Source of the DNA: Gemmatales bacterium
GTDB lineage: Bacteria > Planctomycetota > Planctomycetia > Gemmatales > HRBIN36
DNA: 64,000 bases
Assembly (NCBI GenBank): GCA_041640595.1
Contig: JBEPZY010000009.1
Span: forward strand, 64,001 to 128,000
Direction: 5' to 3'
A program made the translations under genes and the position numbers. Shown piece after piece: positions 11,052 through 21,516 of the stretch. The notes beneath the pieces were generated by a model. It searched no databases, was not told where the DNA came from, and saw only the letters and a program-made list of their open reading frames with translations. The first letter of the stretch is position 1. Each line of letters opens with the position of its first letter.

Positions 11052-11423
11052 CTGAGTTATGCCCAGTTTTGACGGGAGCTCCGCTGGACGTCAGGCATGG
11101 GGAGGATAACGGTTACGTCGGACGGCCTGTTTTTCCGGGGGCACTTGGAACACGCAAGCCCCGCCTGTGCTTGCTCAGGTTTTAGCAAAGGTTTAGCACG
11201 CTTTCGGCATAATCGTGAATCTGGCGGCTGTTTGTGCTTCCTCAGGTTCTGGCAAAGGGCCGCCGACCGTTAGGCACATAGTTGGCTGCGGTCGGCTCGC
11301 CTGCACGCGGCAATGATGTTAGCACCCGGTGCGCGAGGCCGGAAAAATAAGAATTTTCGTAAGCTCTTGTCCGGGACTGTTTTTCGAAATCACCCGCCGC
11401 TATCAAAACTGGGGATGAGTCAG
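11052..11423 (-). mobile_element. MITE-like element, copy 1 (inverted relative to copies 2 and 3)
   Basis: Imperfect terminal inverted repeats CTGAGTTATGCCCAGTTTTG / CAAAACTGGGGATGAGTCAG; homologous throughout to 38805-39106; no ORF. Confidence 0.8.
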
Positions 11424-11705
11424 AGATTCACGCCGTGCTCAGATTCACGCCATATTCACCACGTAAACACCGGATGGAAGAATCGCGTCGGAAACTATGC
11501 TCGCCGAGCCAGGACGCACACAAGGCGTTCCAATCGCACATGGAAATTCAAAGGCCAGACCATAGATAAAGTCGCAGGTGAAAGGTTCACGTAGCGAACC
11601 GTGAACGGGCTGTTGGAGGATTGTATGGCAGGTGCGCACGACACTGAGGGGTCGCTGGAACTATTCGAGGAGCAAACGATGGCCAGCCTTGCGGGGCGGC
11701 ATGTC

Positions 11706-11812
11706 GAAACGGTGAGTGAAGCCGGGACGGTGAACCTGGCCCCGTGCCTGGCTCATCAGCCGGAGGTCGTGCTTTCGAGGGGAACGATGAGTGGGGCCGG
11801 GATGGTGAACCT
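11706..11812. repeat. 32-bp direct repeat pair, period 75
   Basis: GAAACGGTGAGTGAAGCCGGGACGGTGAACCT vs GGAACGATGAGTGGGGCCGGGATGGTGAACCT (27/32). Confidence 0.8.
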
Positions 11813-12200
11813 CACACAGAGCGGCGATGAGAATTGGCCAGGCTCGCGGTGGCCGTTACCTGCCGCCCGGAAGCAAACATGCAGAAATGGCTCGGATTTT
11901 CACGGTAGCTGCCAAAGAACGCCGCTTCTGGAAGGCGGAAAGCATGGCTGCGGGAGAAGGCCACGAGATGAAAGCGCCCATAGCTACGGTGCGGCAGGGT
12001 TATGCAAAGGCGATTGGTGTGAAGGAAGGAAATTGCCACGCGACAGAAAAAGCGGTGGCAGCGACCCAGCGTTGCTTTCGGAAGTCGAACGGCCTGGAGG
12101 CAACAAACAGCAGGGAGAAAAAATTAGCGGCAACAATTACCCGTTGTGTGTGCACAGTTCGCAAGGACAAAAGCGGGCGAGGTCGGCGAAAGTCTGGGTG

Positions 12201-15200
12201 ATGATGCTGGCCAGTCTGACGGTGAGCTGGGCGGTGCTCGCGTTGGTGTGGATCACGGTGATCGAGTGCAGGCCAGGCTGGGTTGGTGCCGCGCAGTCCG
12301 AACAAGGTGCAAAGGGTGACCAGGGACGCAAACCAGTCCGACTCTTCGCCGAGGCGGAAGATTTCCGGGTCACCTCCCCCGGCTGGGAGGTGGTGCCATA
12401 TCGGGAAAATTATTTCGCCTGTACATTTGCGATCACGTTTTTGTCGCGGATGGCAGCTCTGGGAGCGCCGGAGCAATTACCGCCGGGTCAGGTGGCGGTC
12501 GCGGAACAGGACATCCAGATTCCCTACGGAGACACTTACGAACTGCTGGTGCGTTACGAACAGCCGTACAACTTCTCCTGCGAGTTCACCATCGAAATCG
12601 AACAGCATGGCAAGGTGGTGGGTCGTTTCCTCTGTGGCCGGTTGACTGATCCGAAAATCTGGGCGTTCAACAACCACAAGCGTGAGCCGATGGTGCGCTA
12701 TACGTGGAGCGGGACGGATAACATCGTCTGGCAGCATCCCGGAGCGGTGAAACTGTCGGGGGGAGCGGCGAAGTTGCGGTTGTTAGCCACAGCCCAGCTC
12801 GACGAAGGCCGACCCCGTCGCAATGCCGCACGCCGGCATGTGGACGTCATCTGCCTGACCAACGACCGTGACGGTATGGAACGCCAGAAAAAGGCAGGTT
12901 ACCTGGAGTTCGACGGCTGGTTGGTGCAGGATGGCGACCTGTTTGTGCGGATCACCAACCCGGCCGACGCTCCGGCGCCAGTGGTGGTCGTGTTACCGCC
13001 CATGCAGGCCCAGCATTCGCCGTATTACGTACACGTCCGCGATTGGCCGACCACCACCGTGCTCAAGTCGGGTCGTGCTGTCTCAGCTACCGATTATCAG
13101 ATCGCCGGGCCGCGTTCTCAGCAAGTTCGGCCGGAATTGCTCGCACCGCTGGTGGAACTGCCCAAGGTCATACCGCCCGAGCAGTATTTGCAGCCCGGCG
13201 ACCGTTCCGGATGGGTTCCGATTGGTCAGTCGTGCGATGCCCTCAATTACGGCCAGTGGTGGGCTGAGGTACGTTATCCGCCGAAAACACCGAACGCTCC
13301 GCCGGCCGGCTCGATGTATCTCCGCTGGGAATTCGGCATACCGGACGGTCAAGGCGGCATTCGCGTTATCAAGGACATCACCATCCGCTGCGATGGCAAG
13401 GATCGGACGGAGTTCGGTTTCGACATTCCCGGGTGCATCCATCCCAATCCGACTCTGGCGGCGATCCTGAAACAACGATACTGGTTGCCGGAAATCCGTA
13501 CCCAGAAGGAAGCGTTACGCTGGCTTCTCGAGCAAGTCCGCAAGTTCCCGCAGGTGGGACGGGTGCCGGAGCGGTTGTTGATTTACGGAATCGAAGCGGG
13601 CAACACGGAAGAAGGCCGGCAATTGGGACTGGCCCTGGGAGACAATACTCGTTATCGCGGCCAGGGAAAGAAACGCGGCATGATCACGCATTGGCCCAAT
13701 CCCGACCTGAAATGGATCGAGCAACAGGTGGCCAAACGCCCCGGCGGTCTGGAAGATGTGCTCATTGTCAGTTACGGCGATGAGATTCACCTGCCTGCCG
13801 AAAAGATCACCGACCAGGAACTGGCCGACTGGCTCAAGGCTCGCGGTGTGGCTTACGATGGCCCCGTTCAGGTCGCCAAAGACCGGTCGCATCCGCTGTA
13901 CTACTACTCGCAACTGGCGGCCAAAGAGAAAGGCGGTGCTCGTTATGCCGCGGCCACGGCGTATTACAAAAGCAAAGGGGTGCTGACCGGCGCGAATTAC
14001 TCACCGCATGCCAACTTCCTGGTCAACGAGCTGGACTATATCCGCACGTTCAAGCTGCGGGCGATGAGCATGCCCTGGACGGAAGATTATGCCTGGCAGA
14101 TAGCGGAGTTCAGCCCGCAAGTCGTGGGGTATCTGCTCAGCGGTTTGCGAGCGGGGGCCAAATACGATCGCCTGCCCATGCACATGTACGTCATGCCGCA
14201 TTCGCCGGGCCAGATTCCCAGTGAGTTCCGCCAGAGTTTTTACTGTTCCATCGCCCACGGGGCCAAAATGATCAACTACTTCACCGCCACGCCTTTAGCC
14301 GTCGGTTACACGGAAAACTACGTGGACACCTACGACCTGGGCATGTGGCAGATGATCCACCGCTGCACGCATGAAGCGGGGATTTTCGAGGACTATGTGG
14401 TGGACGGCGAGGTTCGCCCCGCACGAGTCGGCTTGCTGCTGTCGAGCGTGGACGACATCATCACCGGCGTCAACAACTTCAGCCTGGCTTTGCACAACAA
14501 CGAGCGCAAAGCGATCTATTTCGCCCTGCGTCATGCTCAGGTGCCGGTGGATTTCCTCAGCGAGGATGATGTCATCGAAGGCAGGGCCCGCGACTATAAG
14601 GTCATCTACGTAACCCAGCAGTACCTGCACTCCCGCTGCATCGCAGCGTTGCAGAAATGGGTCGAGGCAGGCGGGACGCTGGTGGCCTTCTGCGGTGGTG
14701 GTTTCCGGGATGAGTTCCAGCGCGACAATCCGGCAGCGGTGCATCTTTACGGTGCCCGCAGCGGTCCCATCCAAACCGACCCGAACCTGGTTCCCAAATA
14801 CCTGCTCGGCCAGGCTAATTCGCCGTTCTTTGCCAAGCAGGATTTGCCGCTTTACGAACCGTGGGACTACGTGCAATGGAATCTCCGTCGGGCCAAGCCC
14901 TTCGCCACCGCACCGGCAGCACCGACCGATGGCAAAACAGCAGCCACAACCGCCGACAAAGCGAATGCTTCTGCCGCCGACGGGGGCGTCGAGCGTGTAC
15001 CCGTCATTGCCTGGAAACAACCGCTCACGGTAACAACAGGAACCGTGGTCGGCACGTTTCAGGACGGCAGTCCGGCAGTGGTTGTGCAAGCCCACGGTCG
15101 CGGACGCACCGTATTGTTTGCCTTTCTGCCGGGCCAGGCCTATCTGCGTAGCGGATTACCAGTGCGGCCAGTGGATCGGGGAGCCCACCCCGGCAGCTTT

Positions 15201-15551
15201 GCCCATTACCTGCCGACCGATATGGATCGGCATCTCCGCCGGCGTCTGGTGGATGATTTCCTGCCGGCAGACGATTCTTCGATCCGTCCGGTGCTGGTGG
15301 ATGCGGAATTGATCGAGACTACCTGCATTGACACGCCAGTCGTCAACGGCCGACCTGCACGTCTGGCCATTCCGTTGATCAACTGGAGTGGCAAGCCGGT
15401 ACCGCAATTGCACGTGCTCATCCGCGACGTGCAAAAAGTCAGCAGGGTGCGGAGTGTCGTTCACGGCGAGCTGAAGGCCACACCGTCACCGCAGGGTTTG
15501 CGGGTCACACTGCCGCTGGAAGTGGCCGACATGCTCCTCATAGACCGCTAA
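12201..15551 (+). CDS. large secreted protein, probable glycoside-hydrolase-like barrel plus beta-galactosidase trimerisation-like domain
   Basis: ORF is open from 11601, but the first ~200 codons look non-coding; signal-like segment near 12201; ALRHAQVPVDFLSEDD...YKVIYV...WVEAGGTLV resembles the GH42 trimerisation domain; start uncertain. Confidence 0.7.
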   Translation: MMLASLTVSWAVLALVWITVIECRPGWVGAAQSEQGAKGDQGRKPVRLFAEAEDFRVTSPGWEVVPYRENYFACTFAITFLSRMAALGAPEQLPPGQVAVAEQDIQIPYGDTYELLVRYEQPYNFSCEFTIEIEQHGKVVGRFLCGRLTDPKIWAFNNHKREPMVRYTWSGTDNIVWQHPGAVKLSGGAAKLRLLATAQLDEGRPRRNAARRHVDVICLTNDRDGMERQKKAGYLEFDGWLVQDGDLFVRITNPADAPAPVVVVLPPMQAQHSPYYVHVRDWPTTTVLKSGRAVSATDYQIAGPRSQQVRPELLAPLVELPKVIPPEQYLQPGDRSGWVPIGQSCDALNYGQWWAEVRYPPKTPNAPPAGSMYLRWEFGIPDGQGGIRVIKDITIRCDGKDRTEFGFDIPGCIHPNPTLAAILKQRYWLPEIRTQKEALRWLLEQVRKFPQVGRVPERLLIYGIEAGNTEEGRQLGLALGDNTRYRGQGKKRGMITHWPNPDLKWIEQQVAKRPGGLEDVLIVSYGDEIHLPAEKITDQELADWLKARGVAYDGPVQVAKDRSHPLYYYSQLAAKEKGGARYAAATAYYKSKGVLTGANYSPHANFLVNELDYIRTFKLRAMSMPWTEDYAWQIAEFSPQVVGYLLSGLRAGAKYDRLPMHMYVMPHSPGQIPSEFRQSFYCSIAHGAKMINYFTATPLAVGYTENYVDTYDLGMWQMIHRCTHEAGIFEDYVVDGEVRPARVGLLLSSVDDIITGVNNFSLALHNNERKAIYFALRHAQVPVDFLSEDDVIEGRARDYKVIYVTQQYLHSRCIAALQKWVEAGGTLVAFCGGGFRDEFQRDNPAAVHLYGARSGPIQTDPNLVPKYLLGQANSPFFAKQDLPLYEPWDYVQWNLRRAKPFATAPAAPTDGKTAATTADKANASAADGGVERVPVIAWKQPLTVTTGTVVGTFQDGSPAVVVQAHGRGRTVLFAFLPGQAYLRSGLPVRPVDRGAHPGSFAHYLPTDMDRHLRRRLVDDFLPADDSSIRPVLVDAELIETTCIDTPVVNGRPARLAIPLINWSGKPVPQLHVLIRDVQKVSRVRSVVHGELKATPSPQGLRVTLPLEVADMLLIDR

Positions 15552-15722
15552 ACTCGCTGGCTGAAAATGCAAGCCAGCATCTTTGGCGCCAGTGGTCTGC
15601 GAATGAAAGAGTGCTGGCTGGCACTGGGAGCCCAGGTGTGGCGGAAAGCCGGAGCATGAGCGCCAGTGCTCTCTGATTCCAATACGTCCTGGTGTCCGAC
15701 GGACACCGCATTAGCGTCGCCC

Positions 15723-16232
15723 TCAGGTCGGGCAAAGAATCACCGGCGGCGAAGCTGGCTGTACAGCATTCCCGGAAGCGGTTCTATTCGACGTGCTGGC
15801 GTTGCTCACCGGCACACTGCCTCGGACCGATTCGGTTACCGCGTGGGCGGTCAGCAACCGTTGCAGTTCGGTATCGCTCATCGCCCCTTCTCGCCGTAGC
15901 GCCTGCGTCTGTCCCCAGCGATCGCTGATGACCAGAGCTGGCAGGTTACGGACAGCGAAAGCCCGTGCCAGAGCCGCTCCGTATCCCCCATCGCTCGCAT
16001 TCGCATAAACGCAATGGAAGTGTTGTCTGGCCAGCTCCAGGCTCCTGGCCGACCAGCTTTCCCGAACCAAATTTTTCCAACCGCTGTCTCCTTCCCCGAT
16101 GACCACCAGAACCGGCTTGCCGTCTTGCCTGCACGCTCGCAAGGCCGCCCCGTAATCCCTGTTCCACACATCGTCCGATGGCGAGAGCGAGACGGCCAGC
16201 AATACCGTCATCCAGCCAGCTACAGGTTGCAT
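15723..16232 (-). CDS. secreted thioredoxin-like fold protein (no CxxC)
   Basis: AAGGAGG RBS; signal peptide; WNRDYGAAL...GKPVLVVIG...LPALVISD pattern. Confidence 0.7.
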   Translation of the reverse strand: MQPVAGWMTVLLAVSLSPSDDVWNRDYGAALRACRQDGKPVLVVIGEGDSGWKNLVRESWSARSLELARQHFHCVYANASDGGYGAALARAFAVRNLPALVISDRWGQTQALRREGAMSDTELQRLLTAHAVTESVRGSVPVSNASTSNRTASGNAVQPASPPVILCPT

Positions 16233-16454
16233 AGCTGCTCCTCCTTGTGGCATCCTCATTACCAGCGCAGACGACATAGCCTGCGCATCTTGAGGCATTG
16301 GTTTTAGCAACCCGAGGCCAACAGGGCAAACAAAATTTTGAAAAAGTTTCTGCTGCTTCCGCCAACCGCTGCGTTCATCGTGAAATTCCAAACTTGTTAT
16401 TCTCACCAAAACATCGCAAGTTAACTCGCCCACGGCTCATGCTTGTTCTCGCAC

Positions 16455-16691
16455 ATCGGCAGCAACGCATTGCCATCGGGCTACTCCGTCCAGTTGCGAC
16501 AAAATGCGGCAGGCGGCATGCGACCCCAATACAGCGACGCCTTGCCTTTGGTGCTACAGGGATAAACCACGTGCTGCTGCACTTGTCGGCAGCAATACAG
16601 CGACGCCCTGGTTTTCGTGCTACCCTAGCTGCGGCGAAATACGGGAGGCGGAACTCGAACGCCCACAGCGACGCCTTGGTTTTACTGCTAC
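16455..16691. repeat. four degenerate ~31-bp direct repeats with unique spacers
   Basis: CAATACAGCGACGCCTTGsyTTTsGTGCTAC at 16527, 16593 (27/31), 16661, weaker copy at ~16455; spacers 35 and 37 nt between the best copies. Confidence 0.85.
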
Positions 16692-17047
16692 CCCGGGCCG
16701 GGTCAGCGATAGATAGTGCAACTGTCCGGCGCCGCTGTATCGGACGCAAATCGCTGGGCGGCGCTGCGTGCTGGTTGTGGTCGCGGCAGGGAAAACCTTT
16801 TTGATCCGACGAATGCCAATCGCTGGGATCGCGAGCCACGTTCTGCCGGAAGTGTTATTGTGATATATGGCGTTTTTCACCGGGGCGTGTCCGAGCCAGG
16901 CCAGGTGCGGCGCCGCAAACTATTTCGCCGTGCCAACCCGAAAACACTTGCCCACTACCCTTTGAGTCTGGATACGGTCGTCTCGACGGCGATGCCGGTG
17001 ACTTCGTGCCTGCGTGAAAAGTCCGGCGCACAACGAAAGGACTGCAC

Positions 17048-18418
17048 ATGGAATCTCGCAATCAGCATTGGGCTATCCTCGGCGGTTTACTGGCCGGGGC
17101 TCTGGTGGGCCTGCTGGTCAACGTGTTCCGGGATACGCTAGACGCCACTGTAAGCTGGATACTGAACAAGGAGGTACAAGCTGTCGAGTGGGTGGTGGTT
17201 TATGTCGCCGAGCCCATCGGGCGAATTTTTCTCAACCTGCTACTGATGACCGTGGTGCCGCTGGTGTTTGCATCGCTCTCGGCTGGCATAGCGCAGCTCG
17301 GCGATTGGCGGCGATTGGGCTCTATAGGTCTGCGAACATTCCTGTTTTTCGCGCTCAGTATGACCATCGCCTGCATTACGGGATTGGTTCTGGTTAACTG
17401 GTTCGAGCCGGGCCGGGCCTTGCCTCCTTCCGTCCGTGAGGAACTTTTCGCTACGGCAAAGCGGACCGGCCCGGAAACGTCCCGAACAATGAGTGGGCAG
17501 CAGTCCCAGCCGAAAAGTGCTGGTGTTGCTCAAGATGGCCGCACTTCCGAAGCGCCGAAATTCGGTGTGGACTTTTTGATCGGACTGGTGCCGCGGAACC
17601 CCTTCCAGGCAGCGGTAGAAATGAACATGTTGCAGATAATCGTGTTTGCCCTGCTGGTGGGGGTCGCGCTTACCTTGCTTGCCGAGAGCCGCCGGCACTC
17701 GTTACTTTCGCTTCTGGAAGCGACCAGTGACCTGATGGTCGTGCTGATCGGTCTGGTGATGCGAATCGCTCCGCTGGCCGTGTTTGCGCTGCTGTTCGCC
17801 AGGACCGCCAGTTTCGGCCTTACCTACCTTCGACCGCTGGGGCAATACGTGCTGATTGCCTTGCTGGGTATGGCTGTTCATCTGCTGGTAACCATGAGCC
17901 TGCTGGTCTGGTGGCTGGGTAAGCGCAGGCCGTGGGATTTTTACCGACGAATCTGGCCGGTGATAGTAACGGCCTTTTCCACCAGTTCCAGCAATGCGAC
18001 GCTGCCGACCAGTTTGCGTACCGCTCAGCAAGAACTGGGCATTCCGCCGCAGGTGGCCGGGTTCGTCCTCCCCCTGGGAGCTACCATGAACATGAACGGC
18101 ACGGCTTTGTACGAGGGCGTCACGGTGCTGTTTCTGGCGCAAGTCTATTTCGGCACAAGTCCGGACTGGACAGCGCAACTGATCGTCATCGGTCTGGCTG
18201 TTGTTACTGCGATTGGCGCCGCTGGGGTACCCGGTGGTTCGTTACCCTTGCTGGCGACGGTGCTCACCGCCGTAGGCGTGCCCGGAGAGTACATTGGCAT
18301 GATCCTGGGCGTTGACCGTCTTCTCGACATGGCCCGAACAGTGCTCAACGTCGTCGGCGACCTCGTCACCGCTGTCTTTATAGCACGCAGCGAACAAAGC
18401 CATTCGGCCGGCCCGTAA
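17048..18418 (+). CDS. dicarboxylate/amino acid:cation symporter (DAACS/GltP family)
   Basis: AFSTSSSNATLP, PLGATMNMNGTALY, IGAAGVPGG, DMARTVLNVVGD. Confidence 0.95.
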   Translation: MESRNQHWAILGGLLAGALVGLLVNVFRDTLDATVSWILNKEVQAVEWVVVYVAEPIGRIFLNLLLMTVVPLVFASLSAGIAQLGDWRRLGSIGLRTFLFFALSMTIACITGLVLVNWFEPGRALPPSVREELFATAKRTGPETSRTMSGQQSQPKSAGVAQDGRTSEAPKFGVDFLIGLVPRNPFQAAVEMNMLQIIVFALLVGVALTLLAESRRHSLLSLLEATSDLMVVLIGLVMRIAPLAVFALLFARTASFGLTYLRPLGQYVLIALLGMAVHLLVTMSLLVWWLGKRRPWDFYRRIWPVIVTAFSTSSSNATLPTSLRTAQQELGIPPQVAGFVLPLGATMNMNGTALYEGVTVLFLAQVYFGTSPDWTAQLIVIGLAVVTAIGAAGVPGGSLPLLATVLTAVGVPGEYIGMILGVDRLLDMARTVLNVVGDLVTAVFIARSEQSHSAGP

Positions 18419-18642
18419 GCCCTGCCACAACTGCTTCCACCCGTTTGTGCCCTCCAGGCACTGTTGCCGGAAAAAACAAGTTTCTGCCTTTACCTGTCGC
18501 TTGACGCAACAGACAAAGCGGGTAGCATACGTAATGGGCGAACAGACAGAGCGGGAGTTTGTTTGCCCCGACCGAAATGGTAACCTGGTGTGTGACGGGG
18601 ACACGCTGGACCAGGGTTTTCCTTATTGCGGGAGGCTTAGCC

Positions 18643-19569
18643 ATGCAAAACCGTTTCAAGCTCCGTCGTGCTTTTACCCTCATCGAATTGCTGGTGGTCA
18701 TCGCCATCATCGGATTGCTCATGGCCTTACTTTTACCGGCCATTCAACGTGTGCGGGAAGCGGCTAACCGGATGCGTTGCAGTAACAATTTGAAGCAGAT
18801 TCTCCTGGCCGTGCATAACTTGCACAACGATTACAACGTTTTGCCACCCTTTTCGGCTCCGTGTGCTGCTCAGGTCAACGTCAATCCTGGCTGTGCCATT
18901 AGCCTGGATGGTCCTTACAAAGGCTACAACTACACGGTGCATGCGTTCCTGCTGCCGTATATTGAATTGGACAACTTATACCGGCAAATGTCGCCCAACG
19001 GATACGGTGGCGGCCGATACTACGAGGTGATCCGTCTTTACCTGTGTCCGAGCGACCCTTCAGTAGCCGGCGGCAAATGCATGACCACTTACGGCGGCGC
19101 CAACAACTGGGGGGCAGCTTCGTATGGGGCCAATTATAACGTGTTCGGCTGGCACAATAGCAGCGCTGTACCGCGAGAAACGGTCATCCCCGCCAGCATC
19201 CCCGACGGCACGTCCAACACCATGTTTTTCACCGAGCTATATGGAACCTGCGGCTGGACAAACAATTTGAGCTTCGCCTATGGTAGCTTGTGGGCCGATG
19301 CCAATAGTGTCTGGCGGCCCGTTGTTTGTACGAACGTTTCCAATAAAAACCCAGCGAGTGGCTACACCAATTGCCTGATTTTCCAGGTGCAACCGCATTA
19401 TTTGCGGGATTGCGATCCAGCCCGGGCCCAATCGCCGCACACAGGTGGAATTAATGTCGCGCTGGGAGACGGTGCGGTACGTTTTGTTTCGGCCGGCGTA
19501 AGTCCGACCACCTGGGCCAATGCTTGCCATCCGGCCGACGGCAATCCGCTGGGCTCCGATTGGCAGTAA
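18643..19569 (+). CDS. DUF1559 prepilin-type N-terminal cleavage/methylation protein
   Basis: [55 protein letters not shown] (H-X9-DG). Confidence 0.95.
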   Translation: MQNRFKLRRAFTLIELLVVIAIIGLLMALLLPAIQRVREAANRMRCSNNLKQILLAVHNLHNDYNVLPPFSAPCAAQVNVNPGCAISLDGPYKGYNYTVHAFLLPYIELDNLYRQMSPNGYGGGRYYEVIRLYLCPSDPSVAGGKCMTTYGGANNWGAASYGANYNVFGWHNSSAVPRETVIPASIPDGTSNTMFFTELYGTCGWTNNLSFAYGSLWADANSVWRPVVCTNVSNKNPASGYTNCLIFQVQPHYLRDCDPARAQSPHTGGINVALGDGAVRFVSAGVSPTTWANACHPADGNPLGSDWQ

Positions 19570-19640
19570 CCCGTCCACGCGAACCAGGCCAGGCTAACGC
19601 GGTGAAGGAATTTTGCCGCTCTGGGGCAGGGGAAAAAGCT

Positions 19641-20054
19641 ATGCTGCGAACCGGCTGCTTGCTGCTATTGGGCGGTTTGCTGGGTTGCCTGGGATGTCAG
19701 CGAGTGGTGGTGTATATACCGCAGACGCAGGAGGTTCGTGGCGTGGTCTCGTATAAAGATGGCCGGCCGCTCACCGGGGGCGTGGTGGAGTTTCGTTACC
19801 TTCGCGACCCCTCTATTCGCGCTGTGGGCAAGATTGAGCCGGACGGAAGTTTTACTTTGGAAACGCTAGCCGGCGATCAGCGGGTTTCCGGGATACCTCC
19901 GGGACGGTACCATGTATCTATCGCCCCGCCGCCGGAAATGGGTCAAACACACTCCCCTTACGTGTTTCCCAGCGTGGAAATCGCTCCCAATCAGAAGGAA
20001 ATCCGTCTGGAATTCGAGGGGTTTCCCGTCAACAGCGACGAAGCACCAAAATAA
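19641..20054 (+). CDS. lipoprotein with carboxypeptidase-regulatory-like domain (usual DUF1559 partner)
   Basis: LLGC lipobox; VRGVVSYKDGRPL...DGSFTL...GIPPGRYHVSI. Confidence 0.85.
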   Translation: MLRTGCLLLLGGLLGCLGCQRVVVYIPQTQEVRGVVSYKDGRPLTGGVVEFRYLRDPSIRAVGKIEPDGSFTLETLAGDQRVSGIPPGRYHVSIAPPPEMGQTHSPYVFPSVEIAPNQKEIRLEFEGFPVNSDEAPK

Positions 20055-20190
20055 ACCAGGCCGCGTGATGGTTGGCCTGGCTCGCTTCTACCGTGCGATA
20101 CCGGTAACGTAAGCCAGCTGAAGAGTCCCGGAGAACCGGAGTCGAGAAACCTGGTCGCTGGCAAGAACCGTTCGGCAAGATGGTGCCGTT

Positions 20191-21516
20191 TCAGGCGACG
20201 CGGCGAAGCAGGAGAGTGGTGTTTGCCCCGCCGAAGCCGAACGAATTCGACGCGACAATCCGTAGCCGGGCCGGTCGGGCCTGATGCGGCACGTGACATA
20301 AAGCACATTCCGGATCGGGTTCATCCAGGTTGATGGTCGGAGGAATCGTCTGCCGTTGCAGGGCACCCAGGCAGGCAGCGGCTTCGAGAGCGGAAGCGGC
20401 GGTGACAGCATGCCCGGTCATGCTCTTGGTTGAGCTCACCGGGATGCGTGTGGCGGCTTCACCCAGGGCCAGGTGAATGACGCGCGTCTCGCAACGGTCG
20501 CCGACGGGTGTGCCGGGAGCATGGGCGTTGAGGTAATCAATGGCGTCAGGAGCGAGCTGAGCATCGGCCAGAGCTCTGCGCATGGCCTCTGCGGCCGGGG
20601 CAGGATCGCTGTTGGGAATGACCAGGTGGCTGGCATCGCTGGTCGCCCCGAAACCGATAATAGCCGCCAGCGGTTGAGCGCCGCGACGACGAGCGGAAGA
20701 CGAACTTTCTAACACGAACATCGCACCACCTTCGCCCATGACGAATCCGTCGCGACGGCGGTCAAAAGGTCGGCAGGCCGCCTGCGGCTGATCGTTACGA
20801 CGCGACAAAGCCCGCAGGTTGCCGAAACAGGACATGGCCAGGGGAGTCACGGGCAGATCGCAAGCCCCGGCCAGGCACAAATCCAGTCGGCGCGTGCGAA
20901 TCCAGTTGCGGGCTAATCCCAGGGCGTAGTTGCCGCTGGCGCAAGCGGCAGCCAAAGTGATGGTGGGGCCGCGCAAGCCGAGCCGTCTCGCTAATCGCTG
21001 TACCAGCGGTTCCCGCGGCACTTCGGCCTGTGCTGAGTCGCTCGCCAGCGGACTGGCTGGCGTCGGTATGTCCGAACCGCAACTGGTTTCTTTGCCGATA
21101 GCGGCCGGTTCCTGCGGATGCGGTATTTCGCACTTCTGGCCCGCCGAATGCGTAGCGAACCAGTGGCGTTCCCAGAAGTAGGGCCATTCTGCACCAAGAC
21201 CGCAAACCAGTCCGATTCGCAAACGATCACGCTGATGCCACAAATCGGCTTGCTGGAGAGCCTGCACCGCACACCACAGAGCCAGTTGCTCCAGCGGTGC
21301 GAGAGTTTGCCACTCCTCTAAGGGGATCACTTCCGGTCGAGGTATTTCGGTCAACTCGGCGGCGATCTGGCTGGGAAGTCCGGCGGCGGGCATTTTACTG
21401 ACCCGGCGAATGCCACATCGTCCCTGCAGCAAATTGTCCGTGAACTGAGCCAGATCGCAGCCCAGCGGTGATGCCAGACCGACACCCGTGATCCAGACCT
21501 CGTCGCGTGGACTCAT
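20191..21516 (-). CDS. beta-ketoacyl-ACP synthase (FabF-like)
   Basis: AAACASG, RPFDRRRDGFVMGEG, NAHAPGT, KSMTGH, SNSFGFGG. Confidence 0.93.
   Translation of the reverse strand: MSPRDEVWITGVGLASPLGCDLAQFTDNLLQGRCGIRRVSKMPAAGLPSQIAAELTEIPRPEVIPLEEWQTLAPLEQLALWCAVQALQQADLWHQRDRLRIGLVCGLGAEWPYFWERHWFATHSAGQKCEIPHPQEPAAIGKETSCGSDIPTPASPLASDSAQAEVPREPLVQRLARRLGLRGPTITLAAACASGNYALGLARNWIRTRRLDLCLAGACDLPVTPLAMSCFGNLRALSRRNDQPQAACRPFDRRRDGFVMGEGGAMFVLESSSSARRRGAQPLAAIIGFGATSDASHLVIPNSDPAPAAEAMRRALADAQLAPDAIDYLNAHAPGTPVGDRCETRVIHLALGEAATRIPVSSTKSMTGHAVTAASALEAAACLGALQRQTIPPTINLDEPDPECALCHVPHQARPARLRIVASNSFGFGGANTTLLLRRVA

Noticed and set aside
15571..15678. Possible period-74 pair around GCGCCAGTG (15586/15660)
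   Set aside because: Only about two-thirds identity; could be chance.
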